This document shows positions 1-9,501 of a stretch of DNA of 64,000 bases, piece by piece (the stretch's first letter is position 1; the number at the start of each line of letters is the position of its first letter). This stretch comes from an uncultured Candidatus Saccharibacteria bacterium (GTDB lineage Bacteria; Patescibacteriota; Saccharimonadia; UBA4664; CAZOQX01), in assembly GCA_964582465.1 (NCBI GenBank), contig CAZOQX010000002.1, forward strand, positions 7,379-71,378, in the 5' to 3' direction. Below the pieces are notes generated by a model, which was given only the letters and a program-made list of their open reading frames with translations, was not told the origin of the DNA and searched no databases. The position numbers and the translations under genes are program-made.

Positions 1-1
1 T

Positions 2-247
2 TTAATTGAAATCAAGCAGAAGGGTTTTTTTAACCGCCGGGTGAGAGAGTTTCCGCTCGATAAGATCCAAAACGTCAACTATCACATCAAAGGCTTCCAG
101 GCGGTGATTTTTCATTATGGTGATATCACGGCTCAAACCTATGTTGGTGACGTGGTGATGGACACGATTTATAAGCCCGTAGAAATCCACCAAAAGATGA
201 TTGGCGTTATCCGTTCGGTTGAGCCCTCGACGCCAGTCGGGGATTAG
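2..247 (+). CDS. 3' end of a CDS entering from upstream of the window (hypothetical protein, C-terminal ~80 aa)
   Basis: Frame is open from window edge to TAG at 245-247; function not recognisable from fragment. Confidence 0.4.
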   Translation, partial: LIEIKQKGFFNRRVREFPLDKIQNVNYHIKGFQAVIFHYGDITAQTYVGDVVMDTIYKPVEIHQKMIGVIRSVEPSTPVGD

Positions 248-281
248 GGTAGGATTTATACAGTAATCCGAGGAGTTAATT

Positions 282-1304
282 TTGCCAGATAACAAACAGG
301 CTGCCAAACAGACGGCCAAGACTGAGCCGACCGAAAAGAAACCTGGGTCTGCCGCCAAAAATTGGTTAGCCAGTGTCGAGGAAAAAATCACTGCCGATCG
401 CGCTTCAATCTTTAAAATTCTTCTAGGTGTGGTGGCCTTAGCCATCCTTTTCTTGCTAGCTTTTGGCGCTCTAATCTACAAGTACAAAAGCTCCAGTAAC
501 ATCGTTTATGCGGTGTCAAAAGTGGTGCCTTATCCCGTGGTGACGGTAAATGGCCATTATGGTACTTATGGTGAGTATTTGTTCGAAGTACGAACCTTGG
601 AGCGTTACGCTGAGAGCCAGGCCTCGGAGCAGGGGCAGCCGCAAGTTAACTTCAGTTCCAAAGCTGGCCACGCTCAGCTGGTTACGATCGAAAACACCGC
701 CCTACAGGATATTAAAAATCGCTTAATCGTGAAGCAGCTCGCCACAACCTATAAGGTGAAGGTTACCTCTAAAGAATTAAACGACGATGTGACTAATTTG
801 AAAAACCAATCTGGTGGTGACAAGAAATTCCAGGAAGTGCTAGCAAGCGTTTACGGTTGGACAATTAACGACCTGCGCCACGAGCTGTACTACCAAATCC
901 AGCAGCAAAAAGTCTCACAGGCGATCTCCAATGACTCCAAAATTACGGCTCCGGCTAAGGCTAAGGCCGAAGAAGTACTCGCGAAAGTTAAGGCTGGCGG
1001 TGACTTTGCTCAGCTGGCCCAGCAGTACTCCCAGGATACCAGTGCCTCCAATGGTGGTGATATTGGTTTCATCCGCAAGGCCGACGTCGTGCCGGAGTTT
1101 GCCAATGCTGCCTTTGCCTTGCAGGTTGGCCAAACTTCCGATTTGGTCAAGAGCCAGTACGGCTACCACATCATCAAAGTGCTAGAGAAGAAGGACGATC
1201 AAGTCCACGCGGCTCACATCCTAATTAAGACTGTCGATCCTCAGCAATATATTCAAGATAAAGTCACTCACGCCAAGGTTCACACATTCTTTAAAGCTTC
1301 TTAA
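282..1304 (+). CDS. PpiC-type (parvulin) peptidyl-prolyl cis-trans isomerase, PrsA/SurA-like, N-terminal membrane anchor
   Basis: TTG start with AGGAG 7 nt upstream; N-terminal TM helix; C-terminal parvulin signature GGDIGFI...QYGYHIIKV. Confidence 0.85.
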   Translation: MPDNKQAAKQTAKTEPTEKKPGSAAKNWLASVEEKITADRASIFKILLGVVALAILFLLAFGALIYKYKSSSNIVYAVSKVVPYPVVTVNGHYGTYGEYLFEVRTLERYAESQASEQGQPQVNFSSKAGHAQLVTIENTALQDIKNRLIVKQLATTYKVKVTSKELNDDVTNLKNQSGGDKKFQEVLASVYGWTINDLRHELYYQIQQQKVSQAISNDSKITAPAKAKAEEVLAKVKAGGDFAQLAQQYSQDTSASNGGDIGFIRKADVVPEFANAAFALQVGQTSDLVKSQYGYHIIKVLEKKDDQVHAAHILIKTVDPQQYIQDKVTHAKVHTFFKAS

Positions 1305-1387
1305 AACGAAGACCTCCGGCTAGTAACCATTGGTCCTCGCCGGAGGCGGTTTGCGGTGCTCGTCGTCGGGGTACTGAGGATCGGGCC

Positions 1388-1774
1388 TCATTTGGTGGCT
1401 CGGATCGTGTCGCGGCCCTTGCGGTTGGGCTTCTTCGACTTGCCACCACTCTTCTGCTTGGCTTCCGCCGCTACGCGGCGGGCCTTGCGCTCACGTGAAG
1501 AAAGAGTGTTTGGCGAGTGGGGCGGCGCACCGCGGGCGGTGATGGAAGCGGCTGGCCTTGGTTCGGCGTCCGATGGGCGATCGTCATAGCGCGACGGGGC
1601 ATGCCCATAGTCGCGACCGAACTGGCGATCGTGGTCCTTCTGAAGGATCTCGCCGATCCAGGCGCCGTCTGTCGACTTTCCTTCTGACTTCTGGGTTAAT
1701 TCTGCCTGGAGTCGCTTGGTGTCGAACTGGCTGGTGCCGATTTGCCTCTTCTTGCCGGGTGAGGTTCTGCTCAC
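1388..1774 (-). CDS. small Lys/Arg-rich basic protein, GC-rich foreign-looking gene (reminiscent of actinobacterial small basic proteins)
   Basis: GTG start preceded by AAGGGGG; strongly GC3-biased codons unlike neighbours; K/R-rich N and C termini. Confidence 0.45.
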   Translation of the reverse strand: MSRTSPGKKRQIGTSQFDTKRLQAELTQKSEGKSTDGAWIGEILQKDHDRQFGRDYGHAPSRYDDRPSDAEPRPAASITARGAPPHSPNTLSSRERKARRVAAEAKQKSGGKSKKPNRKGRDTIRATK

Positions 1775-1867
1775 GGTTCCCCCTTGTCGTGTCGCTTCGG
1801 CATACTATAGCACGAACATTCCCATTCGCAAGAGTGTAGTTGACTTCTCCCGCCCCCAATGTTGCAT

Positions 1868-2353
1868 TTATGATGTTTGTAGCTTGCGATACTCACGCCA
1901 GGTGAGGGCGACAATCAAGAAGTCGAAGGCGGTCAGAAAAAGTAGACCAACTCCGTGGGTAACGCCGAAGCGATAGGATTGGTACAAGATGAAGACGAAT
2001 AAGAAAACGATCATGACCGGATAGGCCCAAGTGATCTTTCGGAGTAGGGCAATGACTAGAATTATTTTGACTAAACCGTGGGCCAACAAATAGATGGCAG
2101 CAAAGGTTGGGCTTGAGGCCAAGTGTTGGGTAGAGTGGATGAGGTGACCTGCAATGAAATCACGCGGGTCCTCCGAAAGTTCATGTTGGGTTAGGGTCAC
2201 GACCGCACGATTAATCGTTTCCGGCGCAAACCATACTAGCAGGCCGCCAATTAGTTCGAGTAATCCGTCGATGCCTTTAGCGATAATGCTGTACTCGAAG
2301 GTTTTATCGAGCCAAGTTTTGGGCTGAAACCATTTATTGAGCGTAGCTGCCAT
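1868..2353 (-). CDS. DUF2127-like integral membrane protein
   Basis: Four predicted TM helices, WFAPETI-type motif; ORF track extends to 2425 (TTG) but ATG at 2353 gives typical ~160 aa length. Confidence 0.5.
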   Translation of the reverse strand: MAATLNKWFQPKTWLDKTFEYSIIAKGIDGLLELIGGLLVWFAPETINRAVVTLTQHELSEDPRDFIAGHLIHSTQHLASSPTFAAIYLLAHGLVKIILVIALLRKITWAYPVMIVFLFVFILYQSYRFGVTHGVGLLFLTAFDFLIVALTWREYRKLQTS

Positions 2354-2510
2354 ATCTTTAGTATATATCTTAGGCGGTTGGTTAGTCAGCGGCGCCAAAA
2401 AATAGTCTATGCGCCAAAATAACAATAAAGCGCAGCAATCTAATTGGGCATTTACACGAGATTAGAAGACTGATACATGTTTATAATTACAGGGTTAGTA
2501 AGGAGATTAG

Positions 2511-2924
2511 ATGGCGACTAAGTTGAACCCATATCTCAACTTTAAGGATAATACTCGCGAGGCCATGGAGTTTTATAAAAGCATCCTTGGCGGCAAGCTA
2601 GACCTCAGTACCTACAAGGAATTTCAGGCTTCGGAAGATCCTAGTGAGGACAACAAGATTATGCACGCCGTGCTCGAGGTCGGTGATATGACCTTAATGG
2701 CAGCCGATACTCCTAACCGCATGGAGCACAAACCCGGCTCGAATTTCAGCCTGTCTCTAAGCGGCGACGATGAAGCAGAGCTGAAGGGCTATTTCGAGAA
2801 GCTGGCCGAAGGGGGGCAGATTACAATGCCGCTCGAAAAGGCTCAGTGGGGCGACACTTTTGGCATGCTAGTAGATAAGTTTGGTATTAGTTGGCTGGTG
2901 AATATCGCCGGCAAGCACGAATAA
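2511..2924 (+). CDS. PhnB/YjdN-like VOC (glyoxalase fold) family protein
   Basis: RBS GGAG before ATG; similarity pattern to 3-demethylubiquinone-9 3-methyltransferase-like/PhnB domain (MPLEKAQWGDTFGML..ISW). Confidence 0.65.
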   Translation: MATKLNPYLNFKDNTREAMEFYKSILGGKLDLSTYKEFQASEDPSEDNKIMHAVLEVGDMTLMAADTPNRMEHKPGSNFSLSLSGDDEAELKGYFEKLAEGGQITMPLEKAQWGDTFGMLVDKFGISWLVNIAGKHE

Positions 2925-3263
2925 TTGGCCTACAACGAAGATCTGGCCAAGCGGATCCGTACGCTTACAGACGGGACTCCGGGTTTGTCCGAAAAGGGGA
3001 TGTTCGGCGGCTTGGCCTTCCTCATTAACGGCAATATGGCAGTGGCGGCAAGCGGGCAGGGAGGCATCCTAGTTCGAGTTGATCCGGCACAATCGGCGCA
3101 GCTCATTTCTACTACAGCCGCCTCGCCGATGGAGATGCGCGGGCATACTATGCCGGGGTGGTTAAGGGTCGACACAAAAAATCTGGACGGGACGGAATTA
3201 GATATGTGGGTTGAACTGGGCATTACATACGCGGCTGGCTTGGCGAAGAAGAAGGGCTATTAG
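2925..3263 (+). CDS. TfoX N-terminal domain protein
   Basis: Starts immediately after previous stop (TAA-ATG); MFGGLAFLINGNM motif typical of TfoX_N. Confidence 0.6.
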   Translation: MAYNEDLAKRIRTLTDGTPGLSEKGMFGGLAFLINGNMAVAASGQGGILVRVDPAQSAQLISTTAASPMEMRGHTMPGWLRVDTKNLDGTELDMWVELGITYAAGLAKKKGY

Positions 3264-3310
3264 AAGGTAATCGCCGAGTCCTCCGCGAATACACCCGTCT
3301 CTTTATCTGA

Positions 3311-4618
3311 GTGGCAGGTGGTATAATCGTTATGGTTATGCAACTACTACGTCCGGCCATCAGTCTCAAAGGTTTTATTGCAAATGCCTGGCAGAGTATT
3401 CGTTCCCAGCCACTCAATCCGGTCAATATCAAATACTATGTTCTTGGTACAAGCTTTTTGATTTTCGGCGTTGGTCTCGGTGCTTTATTTACGGTGTCGG
3501 GGCAGGATTTTATTTCACATATTGGTCAAACTGTAGCATCTCACTTAGTTGATGCTCCCGCTGCAACTCCTAGCCCTACAGCTTCGCCAAGTCCTAAAGC
3601 AACTTCGAAGAAGGGTAGCACTTCGGGAGGGGGGAGTGGCGGCAACAGTGCTACGACCCCGTTGCCGACGATGTTCGTGGGTGGTTTCCAAATTAATACG
3701 GTCGCAAAAGCCAATAACGCCGCCGCACTCGGCATTAAGTACGCTATCAACTATGCCTTGCCTCCGGATGAGAGTAGCTCGTTGGGGCAGGCCTTTAAAT
3801 CTCTAGGCATCAGTGTCATAGATAGCGCGCCGATGGACTATTTAACACAGTACGAGTGTCATAAACTCAGGGTAACCGAGCCGCCCAGTTATTGGCAGGG
3901 CCTGTTATTTTGTGACCGCGACTATCCTTACTTGCCCACGGAGGATAGCGTACTCGCCAATTTAGAGGCCCATTTAAAGTCTACTCAGTCGAACGCTCTA
4001 ATTAAGGGTTTTTGGGTACTTGATGATTGGCCGGCCAAGGACCCGGGCACGGCTAAATCATTGCTTGAAAGAATGCATAACTTGATTGCTCGCTACCGGC
4101 CGGGGCTCCCGGCTATTTGTGGATTTGGCGGCTCCATTGGCTTAACATCTATGGATGCGAGTGGGGGCTATAAGGAGACTCTCTATGATAACTTCACAGC
4201 GACAGGCTGTGATACGGTGGCTTTCTACATCTATCCGCGTTACATCACCGACTCGGATCCCTTACCAAACTTGGATCTAATTGACTGGTCACTTGCAAAT
4301 ACTTTGCCGGGGCGTTTCGCTGCCCTAGCAGCCCGCGGTTGGGATAAACAAAAAACTCCATTGATTGGTGTTCCGCAGGGATACAGCCGGCATGACGGTC
4401 CAAATGTTTTCAGATTTCCGCCCAGGCAGCAAGACTTAACAAATCAAATTGTAGGTTATTGCCGGCAGGGCGCCATAGGCATTGCGCCTTACGCTTGGCT
4501 GGATTCGACCGACCTGAACTGGGATCCGGTGACCCTATCGCCGATGAATAGCTTGGTGATTGCCAATGGTATCAAGGTCGGTTTAAGCAGTTGTCGCACG
4601 ATTTTACATATGCAGTAA
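3311..4618 (+). CDS. membrane-anchored/secreted hypothetical protein with Ser/Pro-rich linker and TIM-barrel-like (possible glycoside hydrolase-like) C-terminal domain
   Basis: N-terminal TM helix, S/P/T-rich low-complexity linker, long globular domain; no confident family call. Confidence 0.5.
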   Translation: MAGGIIVMVMQLLRPAISLKGFIANAWQSIRSQPLNPVNIKYYVLGTSFLIFGVGLGALFTVSGQDFISHIGQTVASHLVDAPAATPSPTASPSPKATSKKGSTSGGGSGGNSATTPLPTMFVGGFQINTVAKANNAAALGIKYAINYALPPDESSSLGQAFKSLGISVIDSAPMDYLTQYECHKLRVTEPPSYWQGLLFCDRDYPYLPTEDSVLANLEAHLKSTQSNALIKGFWVLDDWPAKDPGTAKSLLERMHNLIARYRPGLPAICGFGGSIGLTSMDASGGYKETLYDNFTATGCDTVAFYIYPRYITDSDPLPNLDLIDWSLANTLPGRFAALAARGWDKQKTPLIGVPQGYSRHDGPNVFRFPPRQQDLTNQIVGYCRQGAIGIAPYAWLDSTDLNWDPVTLSPMNSLVIANGIKVGLSSCRTILHMQ

Positions 4619-4622
4619 CAAT

Positions 4623-4698
4623 TGGCGGGCCCGACCGGGATTGAACCGGCGATCTCCTCCGTGACAGGGAGGCGTGTTAACCGCTACACTACGGGCCC
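4623..4698 (-). tRNA. tRNA-Asp (GTC)
   Basis: Cloverleaf: acceptor GGGCCCG/CGGGCCC, anticodon loop CTGTCAC, T-loop GGTTCAATCC, encoded CCA. Confidence 0.85.
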
Positions 4699-4937
4699 GT
4701 ATCACCTTTAAGTTTTACAAACGCTACGCTGGTTTGCAAAACTTTCTGATTCTGGAGCCGGTCAATCGTAGCAAATCGGCTGATCGGAGGCAAGTAGAGT
4801 TGGTGCTTATGGCTAAATTATGGTGCTTGAAGCTGGCTGAGATTAGGTGTTTTTCTCTTGTGTCACCGTCAGCCGTCTTGTAAGATAGCGCTCTGTGGCC
4901 AAAGCCAAAAAAGAGTCTCGGAAAGGGGAGCTGTCGC

Positions 4938-5237
4938 ATGAAGAATGTGTATGCCGAGATCGAGGAGCTTGACTACATCGGTCGGACCGGGGGCGGGCTG
5001 GACGATCGATCGGTGTTGCTCCGCCTGCTCACGGAGCTCAAGGAGCACCCTGACAGGCGGACAGAGCTCAAGCCCGAGATCGTGCGGCGCTGCTTGGCCT
5101 TCCGACACCGCGAGTTGGGCCACCCCGGCTACTACCAGGTGGCGAAGCTCATCCGTGAGCTGCGCATTGATCTCGCCAAGGAGGCCGCAATCCGGAAGCG
5201 CCGTCGCCGCCATCTGCGTCTCGTACCGACGAGATAG
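4938..5237 (+). CDS. hypothetical protein, GC-rich foreign-looking gene
   Basis: ATG preceded by GGGGAG RBS; extreme GC3 bias; followed by imperfect hairpin 5257-5300; lies next to tRNA-Asp. Confidence 0.4.
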   Translation: MKNVYAEIEELDYIGRTGGGLDDRSVLLRLLTELKEHPDRRTELKPEIVRRCLAFRHRELGHPGYYQVAKLIRELRIDLAKEAAIRKRRRRHLRLVPTR

Positions 5238-5445
5238 CCCCCGCGCTACGCGCCCCAGTCCCGGTCTGTGCTCACGCACGGACCGGGACGTTCGCATTTT
5301 GGTGCCCGCTCAGAAGCGTTAGCATAATCATCCAAAATTAACAAAAACAACATAAGAACATTTGGACTTCCCACTAATGAGGTTGCGCGTCCCTTCAGTC
5401 ATAATGGCGTTACCATTAAGGAGAGGAATAATAAAGTGGCAAGTT

Positions 5446-5601
5446 CAAAGGGGCGGAAGCTTAAGTCACTTTCTGATGCTCGGACGAACGACCAGGTCTT
5501 CTGGATGAGCCTAGAGGAGGCGAAACGAGCTATCGCCGATAAATATGAGTTCTTGGCTGAGCGCATTGATCGACGCGCGCTTAGAAAATAACAAAACTGT
5601 T
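5446..5601 (+). CDS. possible small ORF (51 codons, GTG start), hypothetical
   Basis: Open frame ending just before a strong intrinsic terminator; RBS spacing poor, so weak. Confidence 0.2.
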
Positions 5602-5610
5602 TTTAAACTA

Positions 5611-5643
5611 GTGCCGCCCTTTTTGGGGCGGCCTTTTTGTTTA
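5611..5643 (+). terminator. rho-independent terminator
   Basis: GCCGCCC-TTTTTG-GGGCGGC hairpin followed by T-run. Confidence 0.7.
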
Positions 5644-5711
5644 GACTTGGACAAAAAATTAGTTCGCCTGAAGCGCTAGCTTTGTTAAAATGTGGGAGCG
5701 GTACTAAGCGT

Positions 5712-5787
5712 GCCGATGTAGCTCAGCTGGTAGAGCAGTGCTTTCGTAAAGCAAAGGTCGGCGGTTCGAGCCCGCCCATCGGCTCCA
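5712..5787 (+). tRNA. tRNA-Thr (CGT)
   Basis: Acceptor GCCGATG/CATCGGC, D-loop AGCTCAGCTGGTAGAGC, anticodon loop TTCGTAA, T-loop GGTTCGAGCC, CCA encoded. Confidence 0.8.
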
Positions 5788-5788
5788 T

Positions 5789-5862
5789 GCGGGTATGGTT
5801 TAGTGGTAGAATGCAACCTTCCCAAGGTTGAGATACGGGTTCGATTCCCGTTACCCGCTCCA
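5789..5862 (+). tRNA. tRNA-Gly (CCC)
   Basis: Acceptor GCGGGTA/TACCCGC, anticodon stem CAACC/GGTTG loop TTCCCAA, T-loop GGTTCGATTCC, CCA encoded; 1 nt after tRNA-Thr. Confidence 0.8.
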
Positions 5863-5996
5863 GGAATGACAATGTTTACTTGTTACGGCTATTTTGGTTG
5901 TTCAGCGACCTGGTTATATGGTTTAATTACTTCCTAAGGCGGTGAGCTAGCAGGCTCATCGTTTTCGATACCCATACGGAGAGAGGTGAGCCGGGA

Positions 5997-6248
5997 ATGA
6001 AGGTCTACATCCTGGTCGAGGTGGCAGTGGGCCTGGTGCCGCAGGTCGAGGCGGAATGCCAGATGCCCAAGAGTGCCACCCGCGGCATTAGGGGGGTCAC
6101 GAAGGTCGAGCACGTCACCGGTCCCTACGACGTGATCATCCAGGCTGAGTCGGCCAATCATGACACCGTGAACACACATCTGGAAAAGCCTATCAAAGAC
6201 ATCCCCGGTGTCCGGCGTGTGATGGTTTGCCCGGTCGCCGCAGGCTGA
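5997..6248 (+). CDS. stand-alone Lrp/AsnC C-terminal (RAM) domain-like small protein, GC-rich foreign-looking gene
   Basis: 83 aa; pattern MKVYILVEV...IPGVRRV resembles AsnC-type ligand-binding domain; GGAGAGAGG RBS; GC3-saturated codons. Confidence 0.45.
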   Translation: MKVYILVEVAVGLVPQVEAECQMPKSATRGIRGVTKVEHVTGPYDVIIQAESANHDTVNTHLEKPIKDIPGVRRVMVCPVAAG

Positions 6249-6322
6249 CTCGATTGATCGGCGCGGGCGGGAGCATTTTAGCTCCTGCCCGCCCGGTTAC
6301 CACATCTGGTATAATTCTAAGC

Positions 6323-6724
6323 ATGAAAATAATCACCCCTAAGGCTCTCCGGGGGTATTTGTCCGAAAAGATTACTAGCTTTAGTGAACAACGCTTCTGG
6401 CAGGACAAACTTTCTTTAGCCGTACTAATTGCCGCCCTCATCTTAAATGGAATCACTTTTGTAGTGCTGGCAGTTCGAGTTCATCCCGCGCAGTTCGAAG
6501 TACCAGTGCGTTATTCCAGCTTGGTCGGCTTCGATGTGCTTGGCCCGTGGTACGAAATTTACCGCATCGGACTTTTTGCCGTCGCCGTGACCGTGGTGAA
6601 CGGCTTGCTTGCTTATAAGAGCTTTGCCCGCAGCCGCATCACCAGCTTCTTTCTTCTAGTCGGCGCCTTTGTGGTGGCCTTGTTTTGTCTAATAATTGGT
6701 ACGGCGTTTACGGCCATTGTCTGA
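6323..6724 (+). CDS. small integral membrane protein (hypothetical)
   Basis: ATG at 6323 in frame with ORF 6227-6724; three to four TM helices; stop overlaps next start (ATGA). Confidence 0.45.
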   Translation: MKIITPKALRGYLSEKITSFSEQRFWQDKLSLAVLIAALILNGITFVVLAVRVHPAQFEVPVRYSSLVGFDVLGPWYEIYRIGLFAVAVTVVNGLLAYKSFARSRITSFFLLVGAFVVALFCLIIGTAFTAIV

Positions 6725-8406
6725 TGAGTGAACGCCTGAATTACTACGAGCGGCCAGGATTTAAACGCATGCTCGAAATATTCCCCGGCGCGCTAACTTG
6801 GACACTAATTATTTTGCCGATAGTTTTGAGTTTGGTGAAGCCGGTATTGGTGGCTTATTTCATCATTGCCTTTGACCTATTTTGGTTGGTGAAATCGCTC
6901 AGGCTAAGCTTTAACTTGATACGAGGTTACCGTACCATGCATCGCTATAGCCTGGTTGACTGGAATGGCCGGGTGGCTGATCTGAATGATCTGGAGCTAG
7001 CGGTCAAGCGCCGCCGCCAGGAATTAGAAAAATTGCAGCGCGAACATCCCTATGTGCAAGATTTTTGGCCGTCAAATCTGCAGAAGCGAGGGCAGCGGGT
7101 ACGCTGGCTGAATGCGCGCAAGCACCTGCAGGAGCTTGAAGAGTTGGCCGATCGGCCGCAAACAGTACTTAAGCCTGAAGACTTGTATCATGCCATTATT
7201 CTTGCCGAGTACAATGAGCCGGTGGACATCATGGATGCGACCATCGAACAAGTGCTTGCATCCGATTATGACAAGCAGAAACTGATCTTTGTGCTGGCCT
7301 ACGAGGGACGGGGAAGCGGAGAGGACAAGCAAAACGTTAAGCGCCTTATGGAGAAGCACGGTTCTAAATTTGGGCATGCTCTCTTGATTGAACATCCGGA
7401 CGGTCTTCCTGGTGAGGCCCGGGCGAAAGGCGCCAATATCACCTATGCCGCGAGAAGACTGACTGAATTTGCCAGCAAGCAGGGGATTTCTCCGGATCAT
7501 ATCATTGTAACCACACTGGACGCCGATCATCGGCCCAGTCCGCATTACTTCAGCTATGTGACTTACATGTATGCGACTGATCCCAACCGTCTGCACAAAT
7601 CCTATCAGCCTGTGCCTATGCTTTATAACAACATCTGGGATGCGGCTGCTCCGATGCGGGTGGTGGCCTCCGGTGGTTCGTTCTGGATTCTGGTGCAGTG
7701 TATGACACCGCACCTGCTGCGCAACTTTTCGGCTCACGCCCAAGGACTGCAAACCCTAATTGACACAGATTATTGGAATGTGCAGTCGATCGTGGAGGAT
7801 GGACACCAGTATTGGCGGACTTTCTTTGCCTATGATGGCGATCATCAGGTAGTGCCGATTTTTGCGCCGATTTATCAGGACGCTGTGATTGCGGCGCGGT
7901 ACGGACGCACCCTGAAGGTCCAGTATATTCAGCTGCGACGTTGGGCCTGGGGGATTTCCGATTTTGCCTATGCAACGTCTAATTCACTGAAATATCGGTC
8001 AATTTCTTGGAACAAGAAGGTGGTGGAATTGCTTCGTTTGCTGGAGGGACACATCAGCTGGGCAACGGCGCCACTACTTCTATCATTTGTGGCTTGGTTG
8101 CCGCTGCTTTTGAACCGCCGTTTTAATCAAACACTGCTTGCTCATCAGTTGCCGGTAATTGCCAGTCGGATTCTGACGCTGGCGACACTCGGGCTGGTGA
8201 CCACTGTGTTTATTAGCCTGATTTCGTTACCGCCGCGGCCACCGCGCTACCGCCGAGTGCGCTTTATTAATATGACACTCCAATGGGCTCTCTTGCCGCT
8301 AGTTACAATCGTTTTCAGTGCCTTCCCGGCTATTGATGCCCAGACGCGTCTCATGCTTGGCAAATATCTGGACTTCCGTGTGACAGAGAAGAGGCTGGTC
8401 AAGTGA
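6724..8406 (+). CDS. family 2 processive membrane glycosyltransferase (cellulose-synthase-like, QxxRW motif)
   Basis: N- and C-terminal TM segments, DAD motif (TTLDADHRP), QLRRWAWG (QxxRW) motif; start ATG 6724 overlapping upstream stop. Confidence 0.65.
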   Translation: MSERLNYYERPGFKRMLEIFPGALTWTLIILPIVLSLVKPVLVAYFIIAFDLFWLVKSLRLSFNLIRGYRTMHRYSLVDWNGRVADLNDLELAVKRRRQELEKLQREHPYVQDFWPSNLQKRGQRVRWLNARKHLQELEELADRPQTVLKPEDLYHAIILAEYNEPVDIMDATIEQVLASDYDKQKLIFVLAYEGRGSGEDKQNVKRLMEKHGSKFGHALLIEHPDGLPGEARAKGANITYAARRLTEFASKQGISPDHIIVTTLDADHRPSPHYFSYVTYMYATDPNRLHKSYQPVPMLYNNIWDAAAPMRVVASGGSFWILVQCMTPHLLRNFSAHAQGLQTLIDTDYWNVQSIVEDGHQYWRTFFAYDGDHQVVPIFAPIYQDAVIAARYGRTLKVQYIQLRRWAWGISDFAYATSNSLKYRSISWNKKVVELLRLLEGHISWATAPLLLSFVAWLPLLLNRRFNQTLLAHQLPVIASRILTLATLGLVTTVFISLISLPPRPPRYRRVRFINMTLQWALLPLVTIVFSAFPAIDAQTRLMLGKYLDFRVTEKRLVK

Positions 8407-9455
8407 ACTACTTGGCGGCGTTTGCGCTCTCAGCCCTTTTAAGCCTCGCCTTGACGCCCCTCGTGCGGCGCTGGGCGATCAAGCGCGGCATTGTGGATCT
8501 GCCCGGTCCGCGCAAGATTCATGTTAAGCCGATTGCTCGTCCGGGTGGGCTGGCAATCTTCCTGGCCTTTACCATGACGTTGCTACTATTCGTGCCGCTT
8601 AACCGCCACTTGGCTGGTTTGCTCGCCGGAGCCGTTATCTTGCTAATCGTGGGAATAATCGATGATATTAAGGGTCTCGGGCCCTGGCACAAGCTGGTGT
8701 GGCAGATTGTGGCTGCGGGAGTGGCATTGGCCGGCGGTATCGGCATCATCCATATTACAAACCCATTAGGCGGAGTTATTAATCTCGATTGGGCGCGGTT
8801 TGCTGTTCACCTCGGCTCCTGGCAGTTTCACATTACACCGATTGCCAACCTCTTTAGTATTATTTGGATCGTCGGTGTCATAAATACGATTAATTTTCTG
8901 GATGGTCTAGATGGACTGGCAGGAGGAGTATCAGCGATCTCGGCCATCATCATGTTTTTACTCGCGATTAGCCCCAGTGTGCACCAGCCCGAAACTGCTA
9001 TGATTGCAATTGTGCTCGCGGGTGCAGTGGTGGGTTTCCTGCCATCTAATTTTTTCCCTGCCAAGATCTTTATGGGGGACAGCGGGGCTTACTTTCTGGG
9101 GCTAATCTTGGCTTTACTCGCGATTTACTCAGGCGGCAAGCTGGCAACGGCCGCTCTAGTGCTTGGGTTCACGATTATCGATGGAATTTGGACCGTGCTA
9201 CGGCGTCTGTACGCCCGTCAGCCGATCTTTAAGGCCGATCGTAGGCATTTACACCATTTGCTGCTGGACGTTGGTATTTCGCACCGAGCGGCCGTTCTAC
9301 TGCTATATGTATTATCACTCTGCTTTGGTGTGGCTGCGCTCTTCATTGGCAGTTTCGCCAAATTGGTGGCTTTGATTGTTCTTGCGATCGTGATGGTATC
9401 CCTCATTGGTACGCTGCTATATTTGGCCGTTCGACGTACTCAGCAGAAGAGCTAA
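8403..9455 (+). CDS. WecA/TagO-type UDP-GlcNAc:undecaprenyl-phosphate GlcNAc-1-phosphate transferase (glycosyltransferase family 4, MraY-like)
   Basis: GTG start overlapping upstream stop; motifs ARPGGLAI, NTINFLDGLDGLAGG, 10-11 TM helices. Confidence 0.8.
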   Translation: MNYLAAFALSALLSLALTPLVRRWAIKRGIVDLPGPRKIHVKPIARPGGLAIFLAFTMTLLLFVPLNRHLAGLLAGAVILLIVGIIDDIKGLGPWHKLVWQIVAAGVALAGGIGIIHITNPLGGVINLDWARFAVHLGSWQFHITPIANLFSIIWIVGVINTINFLDGLDGLAGGVSAISAIIMFLLAISPSVHQPETAMIAIVLAGAVVGFLPSNFFPAKIFMGDSGAYFLGLILALLAIYSGGKLATAALVLGFTIIDGIWTVLRRLYARQPIFKADRRHLHHLLLDVGISHRAAVLLLYVLSLCFGVAALFIGSFAKLVALIVLAIVMVSLIGTLLYLAVRRTQQKS

Positions 9456-9501
9456 TATTGAATTTTCCAGATAAGGATGCTATACTTTGCGGCGAGGGTG
9501 T

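Noticed and set aside
5637-5831. 64-aa ORF on plus strand
   Set aside because: Lies entirely over tRNA-Thr and tRNA-Gly; translation reads through conserved tRNA sequence.
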